Positions 29,901 to 39,933 of a DNA stretch of 64,000 nt are shown here, in pieces. The stretch is taken from NCBI GenBank assembly GCA_019058445.1, contig JAHPZA010000004.1, positions 128,001-192,000 of the forward strand. The letters are read 5' to 3'. Made by a program: the position numbers and the translations under genes. This stretch comes from Promethearchaeota archaeon (GTDB lineage: Archaea; Asgardarchaeota; Lokiarchaeia; Sigyniarchaeales; SOKP01). The stretch's first letter is position 1. The number at the start of each line of letters is the position of its first letter. The notes below the pieces were generated by a model that had not been told where the DNA came from, searched no databases, and saw nothing but the letters and a program-made list of their open reading frames with translations.

Positions 29901-31186
29901 TTTTGCTTTCAAGAATTTGACCATGATATTGACCGCTGAATTCAAGTCTCGGTCAATCTGATTCCCACAATCGCACCTAATAAATCTTTCGTAGATAGCT
30001 CTCTTTGAGAGCTTTCCACACTTACAACAGGCTTTCGTCGTCTTATCCTCACCAATTCTTATTACTCTTTTACCTAACTTTTCAGCTTTATAGGTCAAGA
30101 ATTCGGCAAATCGCGACATGAAACCCGCATTATAAACAGAGTGATTAAGTGTCTTTTTTGCTTTGGTCTTCTTAGCGTTTCCCGTTCCCTTCTTTTTCTT
30201 AGCCATTTATTTTACGGATAATTTTCCGATGATAATGGTATTTGCTTTGGTGTTCTCAACAACCTGCTTGGATAACCAATGTTGGTAATCTTTTAGCTGG
30301 GTTGTTTGTTTTCGCTTCATTTTTATTAGTTTGCTATTGTACCAATGCCATTTCTTACTCTTTTTCTTGCAGTGATCTCGTTTGGATTGCACTTGTTCAA
30401 GCTTTTTTTTCCAATAGAGATCTGCTCTTCTATGTCTGAATGAAATAAATTTACCATGAAGGTTTACTCCTGCTGTTTGAGAAATGCCTAAATCTAAAGC
30501 TTGATAAAGACCGTTATCTTTATATTTTGGCGGAAAAATTTCGTAGGTAATGGAAATGAACCAGCGCTTAAGTGAATCTAAAAATATTTCCACTTGCTTT
30601 ATAGTTTCTTTTGGAATAAGCTCTTTCGGTAATCCAAACGATAATACTTCTTTAGAGGGATGCTTATGAGAAAAATTGATAGTAGAATTTTCTATTATGA
30701 ATCCTGATTGATTGTAACTTAATGTTGTGAAGTATTTTTTGCTTTTGAAACGTGGCGATCTTGCTTTTTTATCTCCATTTTTCCAAAGAGCTGTAAATGA
30801 TTTATAGTTTGCATCAAGCTTCTTTAAGATCATTTGGAGTACTTTTGAATATACCCATTTATATTCCGGATATTTTTCTTTGATAACCGGTAATTGGTTT
30901 TGCTGATGGGTATAATTAATGAATTTTCGTTCTATCTTGGGTTTTTTCTTATTCTTTTTCCAATTTTCAATCCGTTCTGCTAACGCAAAATTATAAATAA
31001 GGCGACATTTTTCTGACAAATCCCACAATACTTTAACTTGTGAATCTGTTGGAAAAATTGGTAATTTTTGCGTTAGGTTCATAGTATGTTAGAATAATCT
31101 AATCGAAATCTATAAAAACGAGAGTTCGATGGTTTAATGAATTTTTAATTGACCACCCCCTAAAGAGGAGTGGCCTTCTTTTCTAT
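29743..31186 (-). mobile_element. Non-autonomous IS200/IS605-family (IS1341-like, tnpB-only) element
   Basis: Related subterminal hairpins at 29751-29770 (ctactacctaaaggtagtag) and about 31153-31173 (ccaccccctaaagaggagtgg). The minus-strand right end finishes ...GTTCAC at 29743. The left boundary is approximate (after TTAAC). No tnpA. Confidence 0.85.
29775..31082 (-). pseudogene. tnpB: RNA-guided endonuclease TnpB with one in-frame nonsense codon (30207-30209)
   Basis: Two abutting same-frame ORFs join to about 435 codons: CRLIYNFAL, PRFKSK, ALDLG (RuvC-I), CCKCG...CDCG zinc finger, DRDLNSAVNI (RuvC-III). Confidence 0.92.
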
Positions 31187-31279
31187 GTTAAAAAACTAAT
31201 TTTATAATCTTAAATAAAACAGACTATTATAATTTGTATAAAATTTAAATTAAATATCAAAAAATTGGAGTAAATTAAA

Positions 31280-32397
31280 ATGAAGAAACCTATTGCTATT
31301 CTTGGTGGTGGAAATTCAATTTAACTATAAATTGAACCACATACGGCGGTCACCAAATGGCTTTAGATTTAACTTTAAGGGGATTTGACGTAAACTTTTG
31401 TGAGCATCCTGATTTTAAAGAGTCATTTAGAAACACACTTGAAACAAAAGTAATTGAAAATACAGGAATGATTGAAGATAAGGCTAAGATTCATAAGTTG
31501 ACATTAGACTTTAAAGAGGCATTGGAAGATGTTGATATTATTTACCTTGTTATTCCTGCTATTGCCCATGAAACGTTTTTTGATAATATTATCCCGCATC
31601 TTAGAGATGGGCAATTAGTCGTTATTTGGGCGGGTGATGCGGGAGCGCTCCGACTTGCCAAAAGATTAAGAGAAGAGGCACCGAATAAGAAGATAAGTAT
31701 CGCAGAAACTAATACTTTACCTTATGGAACTAGGCTTATTGGTCCTTCTAAAGTTGATCTGTTTGTTACAGCAAAAAAGATGTTATTTTCCACTTTTCCT
31801 GCGAATGAGACGGAAGAGAAACTAGAACTTGTTAAAGATACTTTTCCTGTTTTAGAACCTATTGATAATATTTTATCAGTATCATTTAGTAATCCTAATC
31901 CTACTGTCCATCCTCCCGGTACTCTATTAAACATCGGACGGATTCAGTGGTCGAAAGGTGATTTCTATCTATATCGGGAAGGAATAACAGAGGCTCCATC
32001 GCGAATTATCCGAAAAGTTTATGATGAAACTTTAGCGGTGGCTAAAGCACTTGGGTTCAGAATGCGAGAATTTGAAGATGAGCAGTTTAGAAATCCCTGT
32101 AGTGTTATGTGCGTAGATTTTTGGGCTCCATTTGATAAAGGAGGGATTGTGGCTAATATGAGAGGGCCCTCAAGTATATATAATAGGTATATTACCGAAG
32201 ATCTACCTTATGGGTTGGTACATAGATCCCAATTAGGAGATTTAGTAAACGTCCCTACACCTATTATTGATTCTATAATCAATTTAGGATCAGGTATCTG
32301 TGAAAGTAATTTCTGGGAAGGCCGAACTTTAGTAGACCTGGGTTTAGATGGGATGACTAAAGAGCGAATTATGGAATATCTCCAAAAAGGATCTTAA
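31280..32397 (+). CDS. NAD/NADP octopine/nopaline (opine) dehydrogenase family protein, spliced: join(31280..31313,31343..32397), 362 aa
   Basis: Spliced N-terminus MKKPIAILGGGNGGHQMALDL supplies the Rossmann motif missing from the 31357 ORF; ETNTLPY, NPNPTVHP, FYLYREG, RYITEDLPYGL. Confidence 0.88.
31314..31342 (+). other. 29-nt bulge-helix-bulge intron in a protein-coding gene
   Basis: GUGG(31308-11) AAA [UUCAAUUUA-ACUA-UAAAUUGAA] CCAC(31337-40) AUA C: 4-bp helix, two 3-nt bulges, perfect 9-bp intron stem. Cutting after nt 2 of each bulge restores the frame. Confidence 0.87.
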
Positions 32398-32412
32398 ATT
32401 ATAATTTGTGAG

Positions 32413-34044
32413 TTGATATATATGAGTTATGATATTATTATCAAGAATGGGAAAATCATCGATGGCGCGGGAAATCCATGTTATTCTGCAGATATTGGAA
32501 TTAAGGACGGAATTATTGAAAAAATTCGTCCGAAGTTAAAAGACGATGCAGATAAAGAAATTGATGCAAATGGCTTAATCGTATGTCCTGGTTTTATTGA
32601 TATGCATACGCATACAGACTTTTTGTTAGCAATTTATACCAAGATGGATTCTGCTATACGCCAAGGAATAACAACAAGCGTAGTTGGGATGTGTGGGGAA
32701 AGTATGGCTCCTATCCCTCAAGAAAAATTAGATGAATTTAAAAAACTTTTTAGTAGTCTTACTCCCATGGGAGGAGATTTAAAGATTACATGGAATACTT
32801 ATAGAGAATATCTTGAAGAACTGGATAAGCTCCGGATCCCGGGTAATATAGTTCCTGTCGTTGGTTTTGCTCCTATTCGAATAGCAGGAGGACCGGGGTA
32901 CGAAAATCGTCCTCCAATCCCTCAAGAGATTAAGAAAATGAGATCTTACGTTAAAGAAGCAATGGAAGCAGGGGCATTTGGATTAAGTACGGGTTTAATT
33001 TATGCTCCACAGGTCTTCGCAAAAACAGAAGAAATAATTGAACTCGCGAAGGTCGTTGGTGAATATAATGGTCTATACTTTTCACATATACGTGGTGAGG
33101 GTAAGAATTTAATCAGTTCAGTTAAAGAGGTTATTAAGATAGTTGAAAAATCTAGTTGTGCAGGAGGGCAAATTGCTCATCATAAGGTCGCGGGTAAAAA
33201 ATATTGGGGGGCGAGTAAAGAGACTATTCGGTTGATGGAAGAAGCAAATGCTCGAGGGATAAGTATCACATGTGATCAATATCCTTATAATCGGGGCCAA
33301 TCTGGTCTTATGACAAGTTTACCTCCATGGGCTCGTGAGGGAGGCAAGGAAAAAATACTTGAACGCTTAAATAATCCTGAAGATAGAGAACGTATCAAGA
33401 AAGATATACTTACACCTTCAGATGAATGGGAAAATTGGATTGAAACTAGCGGATTTGATCATATTTATATCACTTTTTTTAAAAATAAGGAATGGAAGGA
33501 GCTTGAGGGAAGGAGTATTTCAGAAATTACTAAAGTTAAGGGAAAGACTAACGATTTTGAAACTTATTTCGAGATTCTGATAAATGAAAATGCAGATGTA
33601 AATATTACTATAGAATCTATGGATGAAGAGGATATTCGTCGAATCATGACGAGCCGTTATCAGATGATTGGAACTGATGCAACTGCCAGTCCGCATCTAC
33701 CTGATTTTAAGATTTTCCACCCCCGTACGTTCGGTACTTATCCGAGGTTGTTAGGGAAGTATGTTCGAGAAGAAAAACTGTTAACCATGGAAGATGCAAT
33801 TCGGAAAATGACCTCTTTTCCAGCTCAAAAACTCGGTCTGAGGGATAGGGGATTAGTAAGAGAAGATAATTGGGCTGATATTGTAATATTCAATCCAGAT
33901 ACAATAAAAGATATAGCAACATTTGAAAACCCTCATCAATTCCCAGAAGGAATACTTCATGTTATAATCAATGGAGTTATCGTTGTAGAAAACGAAAAAC
34001 AACGGAAAAAATATCCAGGAAAAGTAATACGAAGGCCAAATTAA
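32413..34044 (+). CDS. N-acyl-D-amino-acid deacylase (D-aminoacylase) family amidohydrolase
   Basis: PGFIDMHTHTD, QGITT, GLSTGLIYAP, SHIRGE, HPRTFGTYPR. Confidence 0.92.
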   Translation: MIYMSYDIIIKNGKIIDGAGNPCYSADIGIKDGIIEKIRPKLKDDADKEIDANGLIVCPGFIDMHTHTDFLLAIYTKMDSAIRQGITTSVVGMCGESMAPIPQEKLDEFKKLFSSLTPMGGDLKITWNTYREYLEELDKLRIPGNIVPVVGFAPIRIAGGPGYENRPPIPQEIKKMRSYVKEAMEAGAFGLSTGLIYAPQVFAKTEEIIELAKVVGEYNGLYFSHIRGEGKNLISSVKEVIKIVEKSSCAGGQIAHHKVAGKKYWGASKETIRLMEEANARGISITCDQYPYNRGQSGLMTSLPPWAREGGKEKILERLNNPEDRERIKKDILTPSDEWENWIETSGFDHIYITFFKNKEWKELEGRSISEITKVKGKTNDFETYFEILINENADVNITIESMDEEDIRRIMTSRYQMIGTDATASPHLPDFKIFHPRTFGTYPRLLGKYVREEKLLTMEDAIRKMTSFPAQKLGLRDRGLVREDNWADIVIFNPDTIKDIATFENPHQFPEGILHVIINGVIVVENEKQRKKYPGKVIRRPN

Positions 34045-34085
34045 CATTAGTTTTGATAAAATAGTGAAATGAAATATATTTTTTT

Positions 34086-34526
34086 TCATTTCAATTCTAT
34101 TAATTCTTTTATTTGAAACTTCAATAATTTCTTGAGTTTAGGCCAATGCTTAATCACCTTCCCCGAAATAATAATATCACCACTTTCTATGTACCCCCAT
34201 GGGTGCGTTGGATAAATTATTCCAAATAGTATCTTCATACTTAGTTCCGATGTACAATAAAAGGTAAATGTAGGATCTTCAATGACTCCCTCTCCATATT
34301 CAAACAATTCATCTTCAACACTAAACCAAAATTCTTTATCCCAATCTGAAACAATATGTTGGACTTTCAACCTCATTTTCTTTAATTTTTTTGATAAATC
34401 TTTATGTTTTTCATAGACTTCTTTAAGCATCTCATAAGCATTTAGTAAATCCTCAGAATTAATGATTTCTATATTGTTTTGGACCTTTTCTTTAAGTTTT
34501 CTTAATAATTCTTTATTTAACATCAA
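34086..34526 (-). CDS. SCP2 sterol/lipid-binding-domain-like protein
   Basis: FEYGEGVIEDPTFTF...GDIIISG pattern. Confidence 0.65.
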   Translation of the reverse strand: MMLNKELLRKLKEKVQNNIEIINSEDLLNAYEMLKEVYEKHKDLSKKLKKMRLKVQHIVSDWDKEFWFSVEDELFEYGEGVIEDPTFTFYCTSELSMKILFGIIYPTHPWGYIESGDIIISGKVIKHWPKLKKLLKFQIKELIELK

Positions 34527-34632
34527 GCTTATCCTAGTTTTGATTTTTTTTTACGATACTAAGAGTAATTAAACCAATAGTGTTAATTGCATTCCACTTA
34601 AAAACATTTCATCTAAAAATTAAATCTTAAAA

Positions 34633-35598
34633 TTAAGAGGGATTTAATTTTCGCATTATCTCTTCAGCTTGTTTCACTACACGCTCAATAAGTTCTTTTA
34701 CTGTGGGAATATCTTCACATAGTCCAAGTCCTTGTCCAATGGTCATCATACCTGCATCTACATCTCCTTCTTCATACATCTTTCTGGTAAACATTCCCGA
34801 TGCTGCCTTAAAAAGTTCCGTATCAGGAGCACCTGACTCTTCTAATTCGAGGATATTTTGAGCAGCTGGATTGTGCCATACTCGAAGTGCATTATTAACA
34901 GATCTCAGAACGATTGTAGTATCATACGGGGTACAATTAAGAAGCGCTTTTTTTAAATTATCATGGATGGGACATTCTTTAGTGATAAGTAATCGAGATC
35001 CTATTAAAACTCCTTCTGCTCCTAATGCTAAAGCAGCAGCTAATCCTCTCCCATCAACAACACCACCTCCCGCAATAACGGGTATATCTATAGCATCTAC
35101 AGTTGCAGGTGTTAGTACAAAAGTGCCAATATCAAATTTTCCCACATGGCCACCATTCTCCCAGCCAACCACCTCCACAATATCAGCTCCAAGTGAAGCT
35201 GCTTTCTTTGCATAACGTACACCAGCACATTTGTGCATCCAGGTAATGTTGTGTTCTTTGAAAAGATGAAGGAATTTTTCGGGTGCTTCATGACCAGATG
35301 TTTCGATTATTTTTACCCCTTCATCAATCATTACTTTCAAATGTTTCATTTGGTTTGGAGGTTTCAGCATAGGAAATAAATTCATATTCACCGCAAATGG
35401 CTCTTTAACCAGGCTCTTAAGTTTTTGCAATGCTTCTCGCAATAGTTCAGCTTTCCTATATATAGCTGAAGCTAAAATACCAAGCCCGCCTGCGTTTGAG
35501 CATACAGCAGTGAATTCGGGACCTGTTAAAGCCATCATTGTGCCACATATGACAGGATTTTTAATTCCCAAAATTTCTGTGACTTTTGTTTTTATCAT
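34633..35598 (-). CDS. Nitronate monooxygenase / FabK-like flavoenzyme
   Basis: SNAGGLGIL, PFAVN, ENGGHVG, IPVIAGGG, LGAEGVLIGSR. Confidence 0.9.
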   Translation of the reverse strand: MIKTKVTEILGIKNPVICGTMMALTGPEFTAVCSNAGGLGILASAIYRKAELLREALQKLKSLVKEPFAVNMNLFPMLKPPNQMKHLKVMIDEGVKIIETSGHEAPEKFLHLFKEHNITWMHKCAGVRYAKKAASLGADIVEVVGWENGGHVGKFDIGTFVLTPATVDAIDIPVIAGGGVVDGRGLAAALALGAEGVLIGSRLLITKECPIHDNLKKALLNCTPYDTTIVLRSVNNALRVWHNPAAQNILELEESGAPDTELFKAASGMFTRKMYEEGDVDAGMMTIGQGLGLCEDIPTVKELIERVVKQAEEIMRKLNPS

Positions 35599-35821
35599 TT
35601 TTTTTATTCTCCAAAATATTGAATACGTATTGAGCTTAGTTTATTCATTATCTTTTTTTAAATTAATCTTTTCACAGAATCCTAATCTTTTTTGAAAGTG
35701 AAAATCTTGATATTAAAATAAATATTTGAAATACTTAGGTTAAAAATCAGTGTTTTGATGATTAGAAAATAAATAAAGGCTAATTTATGATTTTTTATTA
35801 GCTTTAAGGTGAACTAACTTA

Positions 35822-37252
35822 ATGATGAAAAAAGTATTAATCATTGGTTCTGGTATTGGTGGCTCCGGCTTCGGCGCTCTTTTGATCAATACAAGAAATT
35901 ACGAAATTGAATTATTCGAAAAAAATTCCTTAATTGGCGGGAGATTTTCAACATATGAAAAAGAGGGGTGGAAGTTAGATGTGGGTTGTCATCTAATTGC
36001 TAATTGCGAGAATGGGCCAATTGGATGGATCTTAAATGAGATTGGGAGAGCTAACGATGTAAAATGGTCTTATGCGCGGAACCCCACGCCTAAGTTTTTT
36101 TATATTGACAAATTTCTATTATTCCCTCGGGAATTGATTAGGTTAAATATTTCAAGTAAGGATTTAAAGAATTTACTGAGCTTAATGAAAGATTTAAATT
36201 CATTTTCAGAAACCGAGTTACAAAAATTAGAGGAGGAACAAGTTGATATGCGCACATTTCTCTCTAATTATACTAAAAATATGAAAGTTCTTTCTTTGTT
36301 TTCATTTTTTGCCGGATTATATTTTGTAATTCCTGATTTCTTGACTCCTGCGAGCGAATGGATTCGATGCCAACGTGACATTTTAAATTTTAAAACTTCG
36401 GGATATCCAATCGGAGGAACCATCAGTATTCCAAAAGCATTTTGTAAGTTTATAGAAGATAATGGAGGTAAAGTCCACACGAATACAGAAGTAAAGGAAA
36501 TTGTAATTGAGAATGGTAAAGCAATTGGAATTCGGACGGATCAAGGTATAATTAAAGGAGATTTAATAATATCCAATGTTGGAGTAAAAACTACAGTTCA
36601 AACTTTAATTGCAAAGGAATTAGTAGACACAGAATATTTCAAAAAAATTAATTCATATGAATACTCTCTCGCAACCATTCAAACGAAAATTGCGTTGGAT
36701 AGAAAAATAACTGATGAAAAAATGATAATGTTTGTAGGACAAGAAATTTCGCAGGATAATTGGGATAAAAAAGCATTTGAAGAAAAAAATTTTATGAAAC
36801 TTCTTCAGGATGTCGATTTCCATCCCATATTGTTTATTCCTATTGTTTCTAATTTAGATCCTTCTCTTGTTCCAGAAGGGAAACAATTAATTATTGCGGG
36901 TGGTGGATGCCCGACTCCAAGTCAAGGATTTAACAATGAGGATCATAAAAAAATGTGGGAAGGTGCTATTATTAGAAGCTTAGAAAAAATTTTTCCTAGT
37001 ATTCGCAATCATATTTTATGGACCGAAACAACAAGTCCAGAAGATATTAATAATTTCGTGAACAAGGATGGAACTGTTATTGGAATTGGGCAAACTACTG
37101 AACAAGTTGGCATCAATAGACCTTCTCATGAAATCCCAGGAATAAAAAACGCTTTTTGCTGTGGGGCAGATACAGGAAGGACGGGAATAGGAGGAGAATT
37201 AGCAGCTAATTCTGCTATAGAATTATATAAGAAAATTTTGAAAAATAATTAA
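35822..37252 (+). CDS. FAD-dependent oxidoreductase, phytoene desaturase-like
   Basis: IIGSGIGG, EKNSLIGGR, LDVGCH, YPIGG, C-terminal GADTG...AANSA. Confidence 0.85.
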   Translation: MMKKVLIIGSGIGGSGFGALLINTRNYEIELFEKNSLIGGRFSTYEKEGWKLDVGCHLIANCENGPIGWILNEIGRANDVKWSYARNPTPKFFYIDKFLLFPRELIRLNISSKDLKNLLSLMKDLNSFSETELQKLEEEQVDMRTFLSNYTKNMKVLSLFSFFAGLYFVIPDFLTPASEWIRCQRDILNFKTSGYPIGGTISIPKAFCKFIEDNGGKVHTNTEVKEIVIENGKAIGIRTDQGIIKGDLIISNVGVKTTVQTLIAKELVDTEYFKKINSYEYSLATIQTKIALDRKITDEKMIMFVGQEISQDNWDKKAFEEKNFMKLLQDVDFHPILFIPIVSNLDPSLVPEGKQLIIAGGGCPTPSQGFNNEDHKKMWEGAIIRSLEKIFPSIRNHILWTETTSPEDINNFVNKDGTVIGIGQTTEQVGINRPSHEIPGIKNAFCCGADTGRTGIGGELAANSAIELYKKILKNN

Positions 37253-37303
37253 GTATTCTTCAGAACTTGAATTTTGATATAAAATGAAATATTTCTAATT
37301 ACC

Positions 37304-38434
37304 ATGAATATATTAACTTCCAAAGAATACTATGATAAAGTTTTAGGTTCTTGGTTAGGAAGAGTTGCCGGAGATTTCGTAGGAGCTCCCGTGGAATTTC
37401 AACCGTATTCCCTTATAAAAGAGAAGTATGGAGATATAACATATTATCCAGAGCCAATTGACTTAAATCAAGTGAATGATGATGAAATGTATGAAATTTG
37501 TGCTCTAGTAGCACTAGAAAAACACGGAATTAACCTTACTGCAAATGAAATTGCCCTAGAATGGATTAATCTCCTTTATAAGCTTAATTTCACTGCAGAA
37601 GAAGTAGCCTTAAAAAACCTTCGAAATGGAATATGGCCGCCTGAGTCAGGAACACATAATAATTTTTATTTTGATGCGATTGGAGCACAAATGAGAGCTG
37701 ATATTTGGGGGCAAATCGCCCCGGGATGTCCAGAAATAACTAAATATTTTGCTGAAATGGATGGTTGTATCTCACATGCGGGAATTGGAGTGGAGGGAGA
37801 AGTATTTGTAGCTATTTTGCTCTCCCAAGCTTTTTTTGAAAACGATATCATAACTAACATACAAAACGCTCTTAATTTTGTTCCGCCTGCTGAACAAAGT
37901 CTATATACCCAAATGGTAAACACTTCACTTGAGATATTTGAAAAATATCCAGATGATTTTAGAAAAGCTCGAGATGCGCTTATAGAATATTGGAATGATG
38001 TTCGAAAAAATAAATTACCTCAATCTGGAATTAAAGGTTCTCTCTCTGAATCAATTCTCAATAGAAAAAGAAAGATGTTTTTAAAAGGTCGTCATTCAGG
38101 AGTGCATGTGTTACCTAATATTGGTATAATAGTTCTTTCGCTCATATATGGAGTACAGGATAAGGAAGACCCATTGGGAAGATCTATTTGTATAGCTGCG
38201 ATGATGGGTCTTGATACAGATTGCAATTGTGGAAACATTGGAGCTATCCTTGGAGCGCAGTTAGGTGCTGAAAAAATACCCTCAAAATGGAAGGAACCTT
38301 TAGAAGATACTTTCTCAACTTATGTAAAAGGGTACGAAAAATGGAAAATTAGTGAACTGGCTCGAAGGATTTGCGATATTGGAAAGAAAATTGTAAACGA
38401 AAAATGTCAAGATATAATTGAAATTTTAGAATAA
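37304..38434 (+). CDS. ADP-ribosylglycohydrolase family protein
   Basis: GSWLGRVAGDFVGAPVE, NDD, IGAQMRAD, GLDTDCN. Confidence 0.9.
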   Translation: MNILTSKEYYDKVLGSWLGRVAGDFVGAPVEFQPYSLIKEKYGDITYYPEPIDLNQVNDDEMYEICALVALEKHGINLTANEIALEWINLLYKLNFTAEEVALKNLRNGIWPPESGTHNNFYFDAIGAQMRADIWGQIAPGCPEITKYFAEMDGCISHAGIGVEGEVFVAILLSQAFFENDIITNIQNALNFVPPAEQSLYTQMVNTSLEIFEKYPDDFRKARDALIEYWNDVRKNKLPQSGIKGSLSESILNRKRKMFLKGRHSGVHVLPNIGIIVLSLIYGVQDKEDPLGRSICIAAMMGLDTDCNCGNIGAILGAQLGAEKIPSKWKEPLEDTFSTYVKGYEKWKISELARRICDIGKKIVNEKCQDIIEILE

Positions 38435-38454
38435 AATCAAGGAGTCTTTAATTT

Positions 38455-39933
38455 ATGACAATTTTAGCTATTGATGTTGGAACTCAAAGTATTCGAGCAG
38501 CAATAGTTAGTAAAGACGGAAAAATTTTAGAAATTTCACAGAAACAACAAGAAGTAGATAGTCCATGTCCGGGGTGGGTCCAACAACGGCCACAGCTTTG
38601 GTGGGATCTAATTAAACAGGCGATTAGTGAACTTGTAAAAAAAACTAAAATTGATATTAATTCGATTCAAGGTATTAGCACGTGTGGCCAAATGCATGGA
38701 CCTGTAGGCATTGATGATCATGGCGAAATAACAACAGAATGGACTCAGATATGGATGGATAAGCGCTGTGAAAATATTTGTGATAAGATAAAAAAAGAAC
38801 ATGATGAGTCTGATCTTGCCAATATTACCGGAAATCCTATTACTACAGGATGGCCAGGAGTCAAAGTTCGATGGATAAAAGATAATCAACCAGAAGTTTA
38901 CGAAAAAACCAAGGTATTTTTGGTTCCTAAGGATTTTATTAATTTTAAACTAACAGGTGTGGAGGCTACTGATCCAAGCGAAGCATCAGGGACATACATT
39001 TATGATTTTAAATCCGATAGTTATAATAACCAAATGGCTAAAATTCTTGACATTGATCTCAGTAAATTCGCACCTATATCTGAATCTTATGAAACTATTG
39101 GATATATTAAGGAGGAGGTTTCTAATGAACTTAGAATACCTGCCAATATCCCTGTAGTGGCTGGAGGTGGAGATTTTATTGTTTCATTATTAGGATTAGG
39201 TTTAGTAGGGGAAGGAACAGCAGTTGATATGACAGGAACAAGTACGCTTTTTGTAGTTCATAAAGATGAACCTATAATTCACCCCTCAGTCCAAAATTTA
39301 CGACATGTGATAAAAGGTTGGTTATCCTTTACAATGTTAGATACTGGTGGATTGAGTATGAAATGGTGTAAAGATTTTCTCAGTTCTATTGGTAAGGAAG
39401 AGATAACCTATGAACAAATGATTAATATGGCAAATAAGATACCCATAGGAAGTGAAGGACTGATATTTTACCCTTATATGCTTGGTGAACGCCGGCAAGA
39501 AAATACTATGGCGAGAGGGTGTTTTTATGGTCTAACTTTAAATCATAATGCGGCGCATTTAGCTCGATCAGTAATGGAGGGAGTTGCCTTGGCAATTGGT
39601 AAGGATGTTCAGAATTTTAGAGATTTGGGAGTAAACCTTAAACAAGTATTCTGCATAGGTGGTGCTACGCGCAATAAATTATTATATCAAATTAAAGCGG
39701 ATGTAATGCAACTGCCGCAGATTTTAACTGAAGAGCCAGAAGCAAGTTTAAGAGGTTGCGGTCTATTAGCAGCTTTCGGATTAGGACTAATTAAAAATTT
39801 AGAAGAAACTGCTAAGCTTAAAGATTCAAATAATATTGTCATTAATCCCAATAAATCCTCATCAGAAAAATATAAAAAACTTCTAGAGGAGTTTAAGCGG
39901 ATGTATGAACATCTAATTGGGTATTGGAGTTAA
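38455..39933 (+). CDS. FGGY carbohydrate kinase (xylulokinase-like)
   Basis: IDVGTQS, GQMHG, PKDFI, DPSEASGT, GGGD, PYMLGER, VMEGVA. Confidence 0.9.
   Translation: MTILAIDVGTQSIRAAIVSKDGKILEISQKQQEVDSPCPGWVQQRPQLWWDLIKQAISELVKKTKIDINSIQGISTCGQMHGPVGIDDHGEITTEWTQIWMDKRCENICDKIKKEHDESDLANITGNPITTGWPGVKVRWIKDNQPEVYEKTKVFLVPKDFINFKLTGVEATDPSEASGTYIYDFKSDSYNNQMAKILDIDLSKFAPISESYETIGYIKEEVSNELRIPANIPVVAGGGDFIVSLLGLGLVGEGTAVDMTGTSTLFVVHKDEPIIHPSVQNLRHVIKGWLSFTMLDTGGLSMKWCKDFLSSIGKEEITYEQMINMANKIPIGSEGLIFYPYMLGERRQENTMARGCFYGLTLNHNAAHLARSVMEGVALAIGKDVQNFRDLGVNLKQVFCIGGATRNKLLYQIKADVMQLPQILTEEPEASLRGCGLLAAFGLGLIKNLEETAKLKDSNNIVINPNKSSSEKYKKLLEEFKRMYEHLIGYWS

Noticed and set aside
30207-30209. tnpB stop as a recoding site or intron
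   Set aside because: It is TAA, both halves are in frame with no inserted sequence, and no BHB fold is evident.
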